Shown: positions 24,095 to 31,476 of the stretch, one piece after another | Layout: each line of letters begins with the position of its first letter | Position numbering within the stretch: the first letter of the stretch is position 1 | Assembly (NCBI GenBank): GCA_039799905.1 | Contig: JBDLRP010000043.1 | Location: 1 to 31,476, forward strand | Source of the DNA: Pseudomonadota bacterium | GTDB taxonomy: Bacteria > Bdellovibrionota_B > Oligoflexia > Silvanigrellales > Silvanigrellaceae | Direction: 5' to 3' | Length of the DNA: 31,476 nucleotides | Position numbers and translations under genes: made by a program | The notes under the pieces: model-generated | What the model was told of the DNA's origin: nothing | The model's database searches: none | Seen by the model: only the letters and a program-made list of their open reading frames with translations

Positions 24095-24996
24095 GCGCCG
24101 GCGCCCTCAATAAGTTTGAACTTGCTGCGAAGATGCTTGACGAGTTCAATTGTTTTCCGTTCGGGGTAATCTGAATCTGGCAGGATCAGGTGAACCTGAT
24201 TCACAAGCTCCTTGCGGCTTGCTAGGCGGATGCTCCCGTTTTTGAGTGCCGCACTGATGCTGTGATGGGGAAGAGCAGCATAGAGGCCGAGTCGGCACAC
24301 GGCTTCGATCATTGCCTGATGCGAATTGATTGCAAAGACGACATCTGGCTGGTAGCCGAGCTTTTTCTCAGTTTGTTTTTTTAGAAAATTGACGAGCAGG
24401 CGATCGGCATTCCGAAAACCGGCAAAGCGAGGGTGAGGATTTTTGTCTAAATCTGGATTGTGTTTGGAAGTGATGAGCAGGATTCGCTCGTCGAGCAGTT
24501 TGTAGGAGCGCAGTGATTCACTTGCTGGTGCATGACTTGTGAGGCCAAGATGAAGTTGGCCGCCGCTCACACCTGCAATAATTTCAAGTTCTGAAAGATA
24601 GCGAACGTCTGTTCTGATAGACGGATGCGTCTGGGCAAATTCGCAGAGGAGCGGAGCAATCAGGTTTGTGCCGATTTCGGAGAAGCACCCGAAGTTAAGC
24701 GGGCCGCTGAGCTCAGTTTTTGATTCGCGCAGTCTGGCAACCGCGCCGCGCAGGCTTTCAAAAGCCGGCTGAAGTTCATTTTTGAGTGTGCGTCCGTTTT
24801 GTGTGAGTGCCAGCCCTCGGCTCTGTCTGACGAAGAGTTGGGTGCCGAATGACTCTTCGAGCGACTGCAGCTGTCGGGTGAGTGCAGGCTGAGAAATACC
24901 GAGTCGTCTCGCGCAGCGCGAAATGTTCAACTCTTCCGCCAACAGCAGAAAAGTTGGAATAAGCTCCATCGGGATTTGAAAAGATTGTTCTGCCAC
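24091..24996 (-). CDS. LysR-family transcriptional regulator
   Basis: HTH NISRCARRLGISQPALTRQLQSLEESFGTQLFVR, LTQNG; 301 aa. Confidence 0.95.
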   Translation of the reverse strand: MAEQSFQIPMELIPTFLLLAEELNISRCARRLGISQPALTRQLQSLEESFGTQLFVRQSRGLALTQNGRTLKNELQPAFESLRGAVARLRESKTELSGPLNFGCFSEIGTNLIAPLLCEFAQTHPSIRTDVRYLSELEIIAGVSGGQLHLGLTSHAPASESLRSYKLLDERILLITSKHNPDLDKNPHPRFAGFRNADRLLVNFLKKQTEKKLGYQPDVVFAINSHQAMIEAVCRLGLYAALPHHSISAALKNGSIRLASRKELVNQVHLILPDSDYPERKTIELVKHLRSKFKLIEGAGA

Positions 24997-25016
24997 GCAC
25001 GCTCCGATGTATCCTC

Positions 25017-25074
25017 ATTATAGATTACATCTGCGCAGGCGAGGAATGAAGCGGTCAGGTCATAAATTTATGAC
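25017..25074 (-). promoter_or_regulatory. -10 box and perfect 16-bp palindrome upstream of the LysR-led gene run
   Basis: TATAAT at 25017-25022 (minus); GTCATAAATTTATGAC at 25059-25074. Confidence 0.5.
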
Positions 25075-25116
25075 TGGCGATTTGTGCGCGGCTGCCAGAA
25101 CGGACAGGAACGCGTG

Positions 25117-25965
25117 TTACTTTTTGACGAGCCCTGCGATGGCGGCAGCGAGTGCATCGGCTGTTTCCACCTGAACAACTCGTTCGGTCGCACCACCGGT
25201 CACTTCCAGCATACACTGCGTGGTGCTCATCTGTTCGCCTTCGTTTGTTTCAAGAGTGCATTTGTCGGTTGTTGCACCGAGCAGAACTCCGTAGATCCGC
25301 TGACTGAACGTTTGATTCAGTGCCGAAATTGCGTTTTTCAGCTGCTCCGGCGATTCGTCACGGGCCGCCCCATCCGAGAAAAAAAGAACTGTCTGCAAGT
25401 CCAGTTTCTTTGTGAGGTTGAGCTTTTGGTATTCGGAAAGGGCGCGGTTGATTCCCAGCGCGTATTCTGTTCCGAGCAAACCTTTGGGTTCGAAGCAAAC
25501 ACCTCTTCGGTACAGTGACTCGATCTCGGCGTTGCTCATTGTCAGGAGATTGTCGGACACAGGCAAGGTCATCGCATAATTGTTGAACGTCACGACAGTC
25601 ATCCTGACTTGCTCTTTGTTCTTGAGGACTCCACGGAGTCCGTCCACGAGTTGCAGGAATGCATCAAAACGCTTGCAATCGGGGTCGCTGCCCGAACCCG
25701 CTGCACGCGTGCTGGGGTCCACGAAAAGTGATCCCGACCTGTCCATGATGACATAGAGGTCCAACGATTTTCCTGGCTGCACGAACTTGCCCGTAGATTC
25801 CCCTGCAGCATCGATGGACCGCGAGGGGGCTTTGCTGTCAGGTTCACTCTGGCTGAATTTTCCCTCGGAACAACCGGTGGAAAGCGAGGCAGCAGTGAAC
25901 ATGCACGCCACTAAACCGTTCCGAAGTGGACTATAGCCCCAAAAAGGACGTTTCTTTGCGTTCAT
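25117..25965 (-). CDS. VWA-domain lipoprotein
   Basis: MIDAS motif MDRSGS, GTEY, FFSDG; lipobox-like STGC; GAGGTG RBS. Confidence 0.87.
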   Translation of the reverse strand: MNAKKRPFWGYSPLRNGLVACMFTAASLSTGCSEGKFSQSEPDSKAPSRSIDAAGESTGKFVQPGKSLDLYVIMDRSGSLFVDPSTRAAGSGSDPDCKRFDAFLQLVDGLRGVLKNKEQVRMTVVTFNNYAMTLPVSDNLLTMSNAEIESLYRRGVCFEPKGLLGTEYALGINRALSEYQKLNLTKKLDLQTVLFFSDGAARDESPEQLKNAISALNQTFSQRIYGVLLGATTDKCTLETNEGEQMSTTQCMLEVTGGATERVVQVETADALAAAIAGLVKK

Positions 25966-25986
25966 AGTTCGGTCACCTCGCTACTT

Positions 25987-26019
25987 CCGTCATATCGGAG
26001 TTTATTCGACGTGAGTTGA
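25987..26019 (-). promoter_or_regulatory. Sigma28-like promoter
   Basis: Minus strand TCAA-N16-TCCGATAT(GACGG), ~26 nt upstream of ATG 25965. Confidence 0.55.
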
Positions 26020-26079
26020 CAGTGATTAATCATTAGACACTTTTAAAAACCCAAATACTCAAAAATTGGAGCTTTTTTT

Positions 26080-26095
26080 TGGCATGGACGGTGCT
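26080..26095 (+). promoter_or_regulatory. Sigma54 promoter
   Basis: TGGCATGGACGGTGCT (GG-N10-GC), 56 nt upstream of ATG 26152, preceded by an AT-rich tract. Confidence 0.62.
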
Positions 26096-26151
26096 GAGAA
26101 CGCCTCGTCGCTGGGCGTCTTTACGCTCGGTCAAATCTTTGAGGGCGTGTC

Positions 26152-26910
26152 ATGAAAATCTTTTTTGCTTCGGTGCTGATGGGGATGGCTGTTTTTGCTG
26201 CGTGTACCAAGAACGAGCCGCAGCCGACACAATCGGCTGTTCTGGCGCTGGATCCGGGCGAGGCTCGCTGCACCGTGAAAGATATTTCTGACTGCACGGA
26301 TGCTCGCGGTGGACTCTCGTGCTTCAGCCGCTGTGGATTCAAGCCGAGCGAGAACTTCTGTGCGATGGAGACGTTGAGCAAATGTCTCGACAGCAAGGGC
26401 GGAACAACCTGTTACCAAAAGCACTGCAACAGTTCAGTCCACAGCGGACCATTTAACGCGTCCAACGGTTCAGGCGGACTGGTCAGATTGCCTGCACAGG
26501 GCTATGGATACGAAACATTTGACGTCGAGTATATGCGCTATGGTCAGCCAAAGACTGTTGCCCGCATTAAAGAACTTGCCATCCGAGTCTACAACAAAAC
26601 TGGATACAAACTTTACGTCGGCGACCTTTCCAATTCAGGCGGCGGCAACGGCGGACGCCATGCAGGGCATTATAATGGTACTGAGGTTGACGTCGCCATC
26701 ATGGGCAACACGCCAACAGTGAGCTGTTACACAATCTGGGAAGGCTGTTATGTGCGCAGTGCGCAGATGGCTCTGGTCAACGAAGTGTTGAATATGGGTG
26801 GTTCGACCGGTATGCTCTTCAACGATGTTGCTGTGCAGAGCCGATTCCCCGGTCATGTGCACAGTGCCGGCGGCCATGACAACCACATCCACATCAACTG
26901 GCACCGTTGA
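26152..26910 (+). CDS. MepA-like (LAS) Zn murein endopeptidase lipoprotein with N-terminal Cys-rich repeats
   Basis: Lipobox FAAC; YGQP, VGDLS..GGG, HAGHYNGTEVD (H-x6-D), GHDNHIH (HxH). Confidence 0.83.
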   Translation: MKIFFASVLMGMAVFAACTKNEPQPTQSAVLALDPGEARCTVKDISDCTDARGGLSCFSRCGFKPSENFCAMETLSKCLDSKGGTTCYQKHCNSSVHSGPFNASNGSGGLVRLPAQGYGYETFDVEYMRYGQPKTVARIKELAIRVYNKTGYKLYVGDLSNSGGGNGGRHAGHYNGTEVDVAIMGNTPTVSCYTIWEGCYVRSAQMALVNEVLNMGGSTGMLFNDVAVQSRFPGHVHSAGGHDNHIHINWHR

Positions 26911-26948
26911 TGCCGCGCTAGATGATGTGAGTGATTTTAGTCCTTGAT

Positions 26949-26973
26949 AAGGCCGTGACGAACGGCCTTTTTT
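26949..26973 (+). terminator. Rho-independent terminator
   Basis: AAGGCCGT-GACGA-ACGGCCTT followed by TTTT. Confidence 0.8.
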
Positions 26974-26998
26974 CTTGCAGCCGGCGAAGGAGTCGATG

Positions 26999-28699
26999 AT
27001 GAAGGTTTTCGGTAAACGCCGGCTTATTTTTTTTGTTCTTCCCGTATCACTTGGCAGTTGTGCATTCGTCGGTGTTGCTGCGACGTGGCAGAAAGACGAG
27101 CAGATTTCTCCGCAAGGCCGAAACAATCCGCTTGAATTGAGTGATCAAGAGCTTTCGGCAGCTGCATTGCGCGGAAAGCAACACTCGCTGAATTATCCGG
27201 TCGAAATCACCGGCGAGGTACTTCCGCGCGACGTTGCACTGCGATTTTTCAAACCTGATCACAATCGAGTCGCTATTTTTTCCTTGCTGGATGGGATTTT
27301 CAAAAAAGTCGCACGGCTGCAATCGTTCTCTGATGTAGAAAAAATGGTCGGACTGATAGATTATCCGCAAACCCAAGGTGAGGGAGTCTATTTTGTTCCG
27401 ATGCCTGATGGGCAAAAGCCTTGGTTCAAAATGGGTACCAGTTTTGTCGCTGCACCTGAAGGTCCTGCAATAACATTCAGCTGTGCCACCTGTCATGCCG
27501 GTGATCTGTTCGGGCGCAAAGTCATCGGATTGAACAATCGATTTCCTCGGGCGAACGAGTTTTTTCTCTTCGGGCGAACGGCTACCTCTTTGCTTCCTCC
27601 GCCATTGTTTAAAGCCGGTGTTGGAGCGAACGAAAAGGAGCTGGAAATGTATCGCCGGCTGCGTGAAAACGCTCAGTACATTGACGGCCGCAAACCCTTG
27701 GTGCGTGGACTCGACACATCGTTGGCGCATGTGGCGCTCAGCCTGAGCCGGCGGGCTGACGATGGTCTTGCTTCCAAAACTCCAGACACTCGCGTCAATC
27801 CGCGGGATTCTTTGCTCAGACATGAGCCAGCCGACAGTAAGCCGGCTGTGTGGTGGAACGTTAAATACAAGAACAAGTGGCTGCTGGACGGCTCTGTGAT
27901 TTCGGGAAATCCTATTTTTACTAACATTTTATGGAATGAAATTGGCCGTGGTACGGACTTACGTGAATTGTCCGACTGGCTTGAGCGCAACGACACGGTG
28001 GTGAAGGAGCTGACCGCAGCTGTCTTTTCCTCAGAGGCACCGGCGTTTCTCGATTTCTTTCCTCAGTCGCATTTCAACATCGATAGGGTCAGGCGCGGAC
28101 AAAAACTCTTCAACGAAAATTGTTCATTTTGTCATGGCCAGTACGTAAAGGGATACGAGAGTTCGAGTGCCCGATTCATGAACGCACGCGAATTGCTCTC
28201 TACTCTGCGGGTTGAATTTCATTCGAACACGCCGGTCATTAATGTCGGCACCGACCCGCTGCGTGCGCAGGGCATGCAGGCACTGGCAGAACCACTCAAC
28301 AATCTTGCAGTTTCAAAAAAGAACGGGATTGTCGTCAAAGTACAGCAAGGGTATGTGCCGCCGCCGCTTGTCGGTGTCTGGGCGCGGTGGCCTTATATGC
28401 ATAATAATTCAATCCCCAATTTGTGCGCTGTGCTGACACCTGCCGCTCAGCGTCCGGTTGTTTGGGATGTCGGTGAGGCGCGCTCCACGGCAACCGATTT
28501 TGATGCGGAATGCAATGGCTATCCTTTGGGCGAAAAAGCGCCTGCCGAGTGGAAGAAAAACCGTTGGGGCCGATTTGACACTCGTCGCAAGGGGATGGGA
28601 AATCAGGGGCATGACGAAGGTATTTTTATGACCAACGGTGTGTCGCGCTTCAGTCAACAGGATGTGAGGGATTTGGTTCACTTTCTGCAAACTCTCTGA
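26999..28699 (+). CDS. Exported di-heme c cytochrome, RoxA/rubber-oxygenase-like
   Basis: CATCH and CSFCH; PAVWWNVK, VGTDPLRA, GYVPPPLVGVWARWPYMHNNSIPNL, GMGNQGH; AAGGAG before ATG 26999 (26996 is an alternative). Confidence 0.8.
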   Translation: MKVFGKRRLIFFVLPVSLGSCAFVGVAATWQKDEQISPQGRNNPLELSDQELSAAALRGKQHSLNYPVEITGEVLPRDVALRFFKPDHNRVAIFSLLDGIFKKVARLQSFSDVEKMVGLIDYPQTQGEGVYFVPMPDGQKPWFKMGTSFVAAPEGPAITFSCATCHAGDLFGRKVIGLNNRFPRANEFFLFGRTATSLLPPPLFKAGVGANEKELEMYRRLRENAQYIDGRKPLVRGLDTSLAHVALSLSRRADDGLASKTPDTRVNPRDSLLRHEPADSKPAVWWNVKYKNKWLLDGSVISGNPIFTNILWNEIGRGTDLRELSDWLERNDTVVKELTAAVFSSEAPAFLDFFPQSHFNIDRVRRGQKLFNENCSFCHGQYVKGYESSSARFMNARELLSTLRVEFHSNTPVINVGTDPLRAQGMQALAEPLNNLAVSKKNGIVVKVQQGYVPPPLVGVWARWPYMHNNSIPNLCAVLTPAAQRPVVWDVGEARSTATDFDAECNGYPLGEKAPAEWKKNRWGRFDTRRKGMGNQGHDEGIFMTNGVSRFSQQDVRDLVHFLQTL

Positions 28700-28739
28700 G
28701 ATTGAACCTGACCATGGCCGCAATCACCCGGAAAAGACG

Positions 28740-29684
28740 ATGAACAAACTTGAAGTTTTGATGGCAGCGGACAAAGAATTTTTTTCTCTGTGGAGTTGCG
28801 AGAATTTTCCGCTCGAGCTTCCGGACGGTCATCCGTTTCCAAATCACAAGTATCCACTCTTGGAAAAACTTCTGGCCGGGCATGGTTTTGCCGAACGGAT
28901 AACGCGCTGCGGACAGGTCGACACTGATTTTCTCACCTATGTGCACAGTCCTGCATACGTCGATCGTGTTTTGAATATGCAATTGAGCGAGGAGGAAGTC
29001 CGCCGGATCGGCTTTCCTCAGAGAAAATCGTACGTGGAACGCGCACTTGCATCGGTTGAAGGAACACTTTGTGCGACCCGCCATATCCTTCAATCGAAGG
29101 ATTTATGTGCGGGCGTTCTGGCCGGCGGTACTCATCATGCATTTGCTGATCATGGTGAAGGTTACTGCACCTTCAATGACATTGCAGTTGCGGCAACCTA
29201 TGCACTGCGTCACTCAAAAGACCGCATCCTCATCGTCGATCTTGACGCCCATCAGGGGAACGGAACCGCAGCCATCTTTGCGCGCGAGCCGCGTGTTTTT
29301 ACGTTTTCCATGCATGCCGAGGAAAATTATCCGCGCCAAAAGCAGCGTTCGAGTCTTGATATCGGCTTGTCGCTGGGAGCGTCGGACGACATTTATCAGA
29401 GTCTCCTGAAAGAGAATCTTCCCGTCATCTTTGATGGATTCAGGCCTGACTTGGTTTTCTTTCAGAGTGGCGTCGACGTGCTTCACTCCGACCGCTTTGG
29501 TCGACTCGGGCTCAGTCCGGATGGGCAGTATCAGCGGGATGCATTCGTCTTTGAGCAGTGTTTTTCGCGGGGGGTTCCGTGCGTCATCACCCTTGGCGGT
29601 GGTTATCAGCGTGATCACGGGGCTGTCGCCCGTGCTCACGCTCAAACCTTCCTGACCGCCGCACAGGCGCTCAAAAAGGATTAG
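28740..29684 (+). CDS. Zn-dependent histone-deacetylase-family deacylase
   Basis: HPFP, GGTHHA, GYCTFNDIAV, DLDAHQGNGT, GVD..SDRFG, GGGY. Confidence 0.93.
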   Translation: MNKLEVLMAADKEFFSLWSCENFPLELPDGHPFPNHKYPLLEKLLAGHGFAERITRCGQVDTDFLTYVHSPAYVDRVLNMQLSEEEVRRIGFPQRKSYVERALASVEGTLCATRHILQSKDLCAGVLAGGTHHAFADHGEGYCTFNDIAVAATYALRHSKDRILIVDLDAHQGNGTAAIFAREPRVFTFSMHAEENYPRQKQRSSLDIGLSLGASDDIYQSLLKENLPVIFDGFRPDLVFFQSGVDVLHSDRFGRLGLSPDGQYQRDAFVFEQCFSRGVPCVITLGGGYQRDHGAVARAHAQTFLTAAQALKKD

Positions 29685-31279
29685 ATCAAACCAGGACCGT
29701 AGTCGCTTGTCACCACCATTCCTTCTTCACGAACACCATCGGCAAAGCAGATGCTGTTGGCAGCCTCGCGGCCCGTGCACACCGAGCGTTCCATCAGAGC
29801 CGACGGATAGTCGGTTTTGAGCCAGTCGCCTGCGAAACTGAGATTTTCAATTCCCAGCGACTGCGGTTCTGTGGCTGCTGGTCTGATTGTACCCTGACCG
29901 CATTCGAACGACGTAAAGTTGTGATAGCTGCCGACGCTGCTGGCAATCACGTTGGCATCCGCCATTTCGGGCATAATTTCGAGCACGGTGTCGCGGATTG
30001 CCGGCCAGATTTCATCGTCGCTGAGTCCGACCAATTCGGGCGTGGTGTAGAGGTGAAACTCAAGAACTGATCCGCCGGTTTTTTCGGACCAACGGCGTGA
30101 CTCTTCCTCCAGCAGTTCAAAGCGAGCCAGCAGGTTGATGGGTCTGTGCTGAGGAGTTTCAAGACAATCAGGAACGTCATCGTTGGGCTTCTTGTCGAAC
30201 CAAACGCGCAACACCTTATACGGCGGCGCAACCTTCAGAGGCTCAACGAGTGTGCGCAGTTTGTCGAGTGAGACGACAGACGCGCTGTCTGCAGCAATCG
30301 AACCTGCTAGGATTTTTTGCGTTGCACCGGCGTCTGTCGCAAGAACGACGTAATCGTATTTTTTGCCCTCACCGACAACTCCGGTGGCCTTCGAGTCCGA
30401 GAAATCCAGGCCGGACACTGGTTTTGAGAGTTCAATTTTGCACCCGAAAGACTTCAGGCGCTCCACCCACGGACGCAACAGGCCGTTGTAGTGGTCGGTG
30501 GTTGTCACTTCGCGGTTGAATGCCTTTGGATGGCTGAGGAAATAGAGGTGCATGTACATGCACATTTCGGCGGCGCTGATTGTGTTCGGATCGTTGAGTG
30601 TGACGGAAGCGGCCGGCTCCATGACGATGTCGTAGAATTTTTTGTTGACTTTGCGCTTCTTCGCCAGTTCCACAAAGGTGATGTCGTCGAGATTGATGTA
30701 GTTCATTTTGTGGTTGTAAAACAACACTTCGCGGATTGTGTTGAGTGTGCCGGCCGCGTCCAGAATATTCATGTTTGGCGAATTCTTCAGGATGTTGATC
30801 AGGTTGAGCGGGTATACCGGCGGCTCGCTCTTGATCACTTCCTTTTTGTAGTCGCGGAATTTGAATTCAACCGAGTTGTAAGGCCGGAAGCTGCCGTTGA
30901 CGCCAAGCCGGTCGCGGATGTTGCGGAACACGTGATAATTTTCGAACCACATGTGCAGGCCGTGTTCAACCCAGAAGGTACCCGCGGCATTTTTCTCTTG
31001 CCGCACGGCAAGCTTGCCTCCAACAATCGGCATCGCGTCGCGCACCGTGACTTTGTATTTGCGTTCAGCGAGTTCAAGTGCAGCCGAGAGTCCGGCCAGA
31101 CCTGCACCGATGATGAGGACCGACTTTTCCTGCCCGCGTGCCAGCTGCCTGGGTGCAGAAGGATTGCGCGGAGCGATGATGCGCGGGGGCTGCGGAAAGG
31201 CCTCTGCTTTTTGCGCATTCAAAACCGTGTAGCCAAGCGAGCCAATACCAAGGGACTTGAAAAAATCGCGTCTTTGCAT
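29681..31279 (-). CDS. Tat-signal FAD-dependent oxidoreductase, CrtU/carotenoid aromatase-like (amine oxidase fold)
   Basis: MQRRDFFK twin-arginine signal ending AEA; IIGAGLAGLSAA, VGGK, EHGLHMWFENY, FAGDWLKTDYPSALMERS..TGREAAN. Start moved to ATG 31279. Confidence 0.8.
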   Translation of the reverse strand: MQRRDFFKSLGIGSLGYTVLNAQKAEAFPQPPRIIAPRNPSAPRQLARGQEKSVLIIGAGLAGLSAALELAERKYKVTVRDAMPIVGGKLAVRQEKNAAGTFWVEHGLHMWFENYHVFRNIRDRLGVNGSFRPYNSVEFKFRDYKKEVIKSEPPVYPLNLINILKNSPNMNILDAAGTLNTIREVLFYNHKMNYINLDDITFVELAKKRKVNKKFYDIVMEPAASVTLNDPNTISAAEMCMYMHLYFLSHPKAFNREVTTTDHYNGLLRPWVERLKSFGCKIELSKPVSGLDFSDSKATGVVGEGKKYDYVVLATDAGATQKILAGSIAADSASVVSLDKLRTLVEPLKVAPPYKVLRVWFDKKPNDDVPDCLETPQHRPINLLARFELLEEESRRWSEKTGGSVLEFHLYTTPELVGLSDDEIWPAIRDTVLEIMPEMADANVIASSVGSYHNFTSFECGQGTIRPAATEPQSLGIENLSFAGDWLKTDYPSALMERSVCTGREAANSICFADGVREEGMVVTSDYGPGLI

Positions 31280-31476
31280 GTGAATAGACTCCGGCCAAGC
31301 ATGGGGCAGCGGTTGACGGTGGAAACACTCCCTCCGCAAATGGCCGCTGCAGGCTCGGCAGGCCTAAGATCAACTCCACACGTCTGCAACAAAAAAGCTG
31401 CATGCACGTATTTGTTATTGATTTTGGGTGCTTGAATCGGAGTTATTTGCAGATCGCCTTGCCACCTCCGGCAACA

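Noticed and set aside
24091..24996. Naming the LysR as ampR
   Set aside because: Only a generic LysR HTH is visible, and it is not divergent from a beta-lactamase gene as ampR-ampC is.
30491..31435. 314-aa plus-strand ORF
   Set aside because: Antisense shadow of the CrtU-like gene; no motifs.
31449..31465. TGGCAAGGCGATCTGCA as a sigma54 promoter for the CrtU-like gene
   Set aside because: GG-GC spacing is 11 rather than the required 10; the overlapping sigma28-like TCCGATTC is too weak to call.

Overview
Gene-dense bacterial chromosomal window with about 24 CDSs, one 36-aa sORF and tRNA-His(GUG). The many orphan lipoproteins and the sigma54/sigma28-type promoters suggest an Oligoflexia/Bdellovibrionota-like organism (inference only). 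I saw no CRISPR array, transposase, integrase or rRNA. Main blocks: (1) a tightly coupled minus-strand operon: ketosynthase with a ~110-aa insertion > SAM methyltransferase > GT4 glycosyltransferase > eukaryote-type full-length ABCC/MRP exporter, which is cut by the window edge and missing from the ORF track; (2) tRNA-His followed by a sigma54-driven cassette of small secreted Cys-rich orphans; (3) a PQQ sugar dehydrogenase-cytochrome c fusion with a TlpA thioredoxin, orphan lipoproteins, a class-V PLP enzyme, a Pro-rich secreted protein and an FAD/Fe-S D-lactate dehydrogenase; (4) a six-gene minus-strand run LysR > GNAT > 3D-domain protein > class-A beta-lactamase-like serine hydrolase > two-SIS GKRP/MurQ-like protein > ampG, which looks like a non-canonical peptidoglycan recycling/sensing module; (5) a VWA lipoprotein, MepA-like endopeptidase, RoxA-like di-heme cytochrome, HDAC-family deacylase and Tat-signal CrtU-like flavoprotein. 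Two distant intergenic regions share the same back-to-back sigma54/sigma28 layout and an identical 13-mer (TCCGATATGACGG). All family calls come from motifs read by eye; no database search was run.
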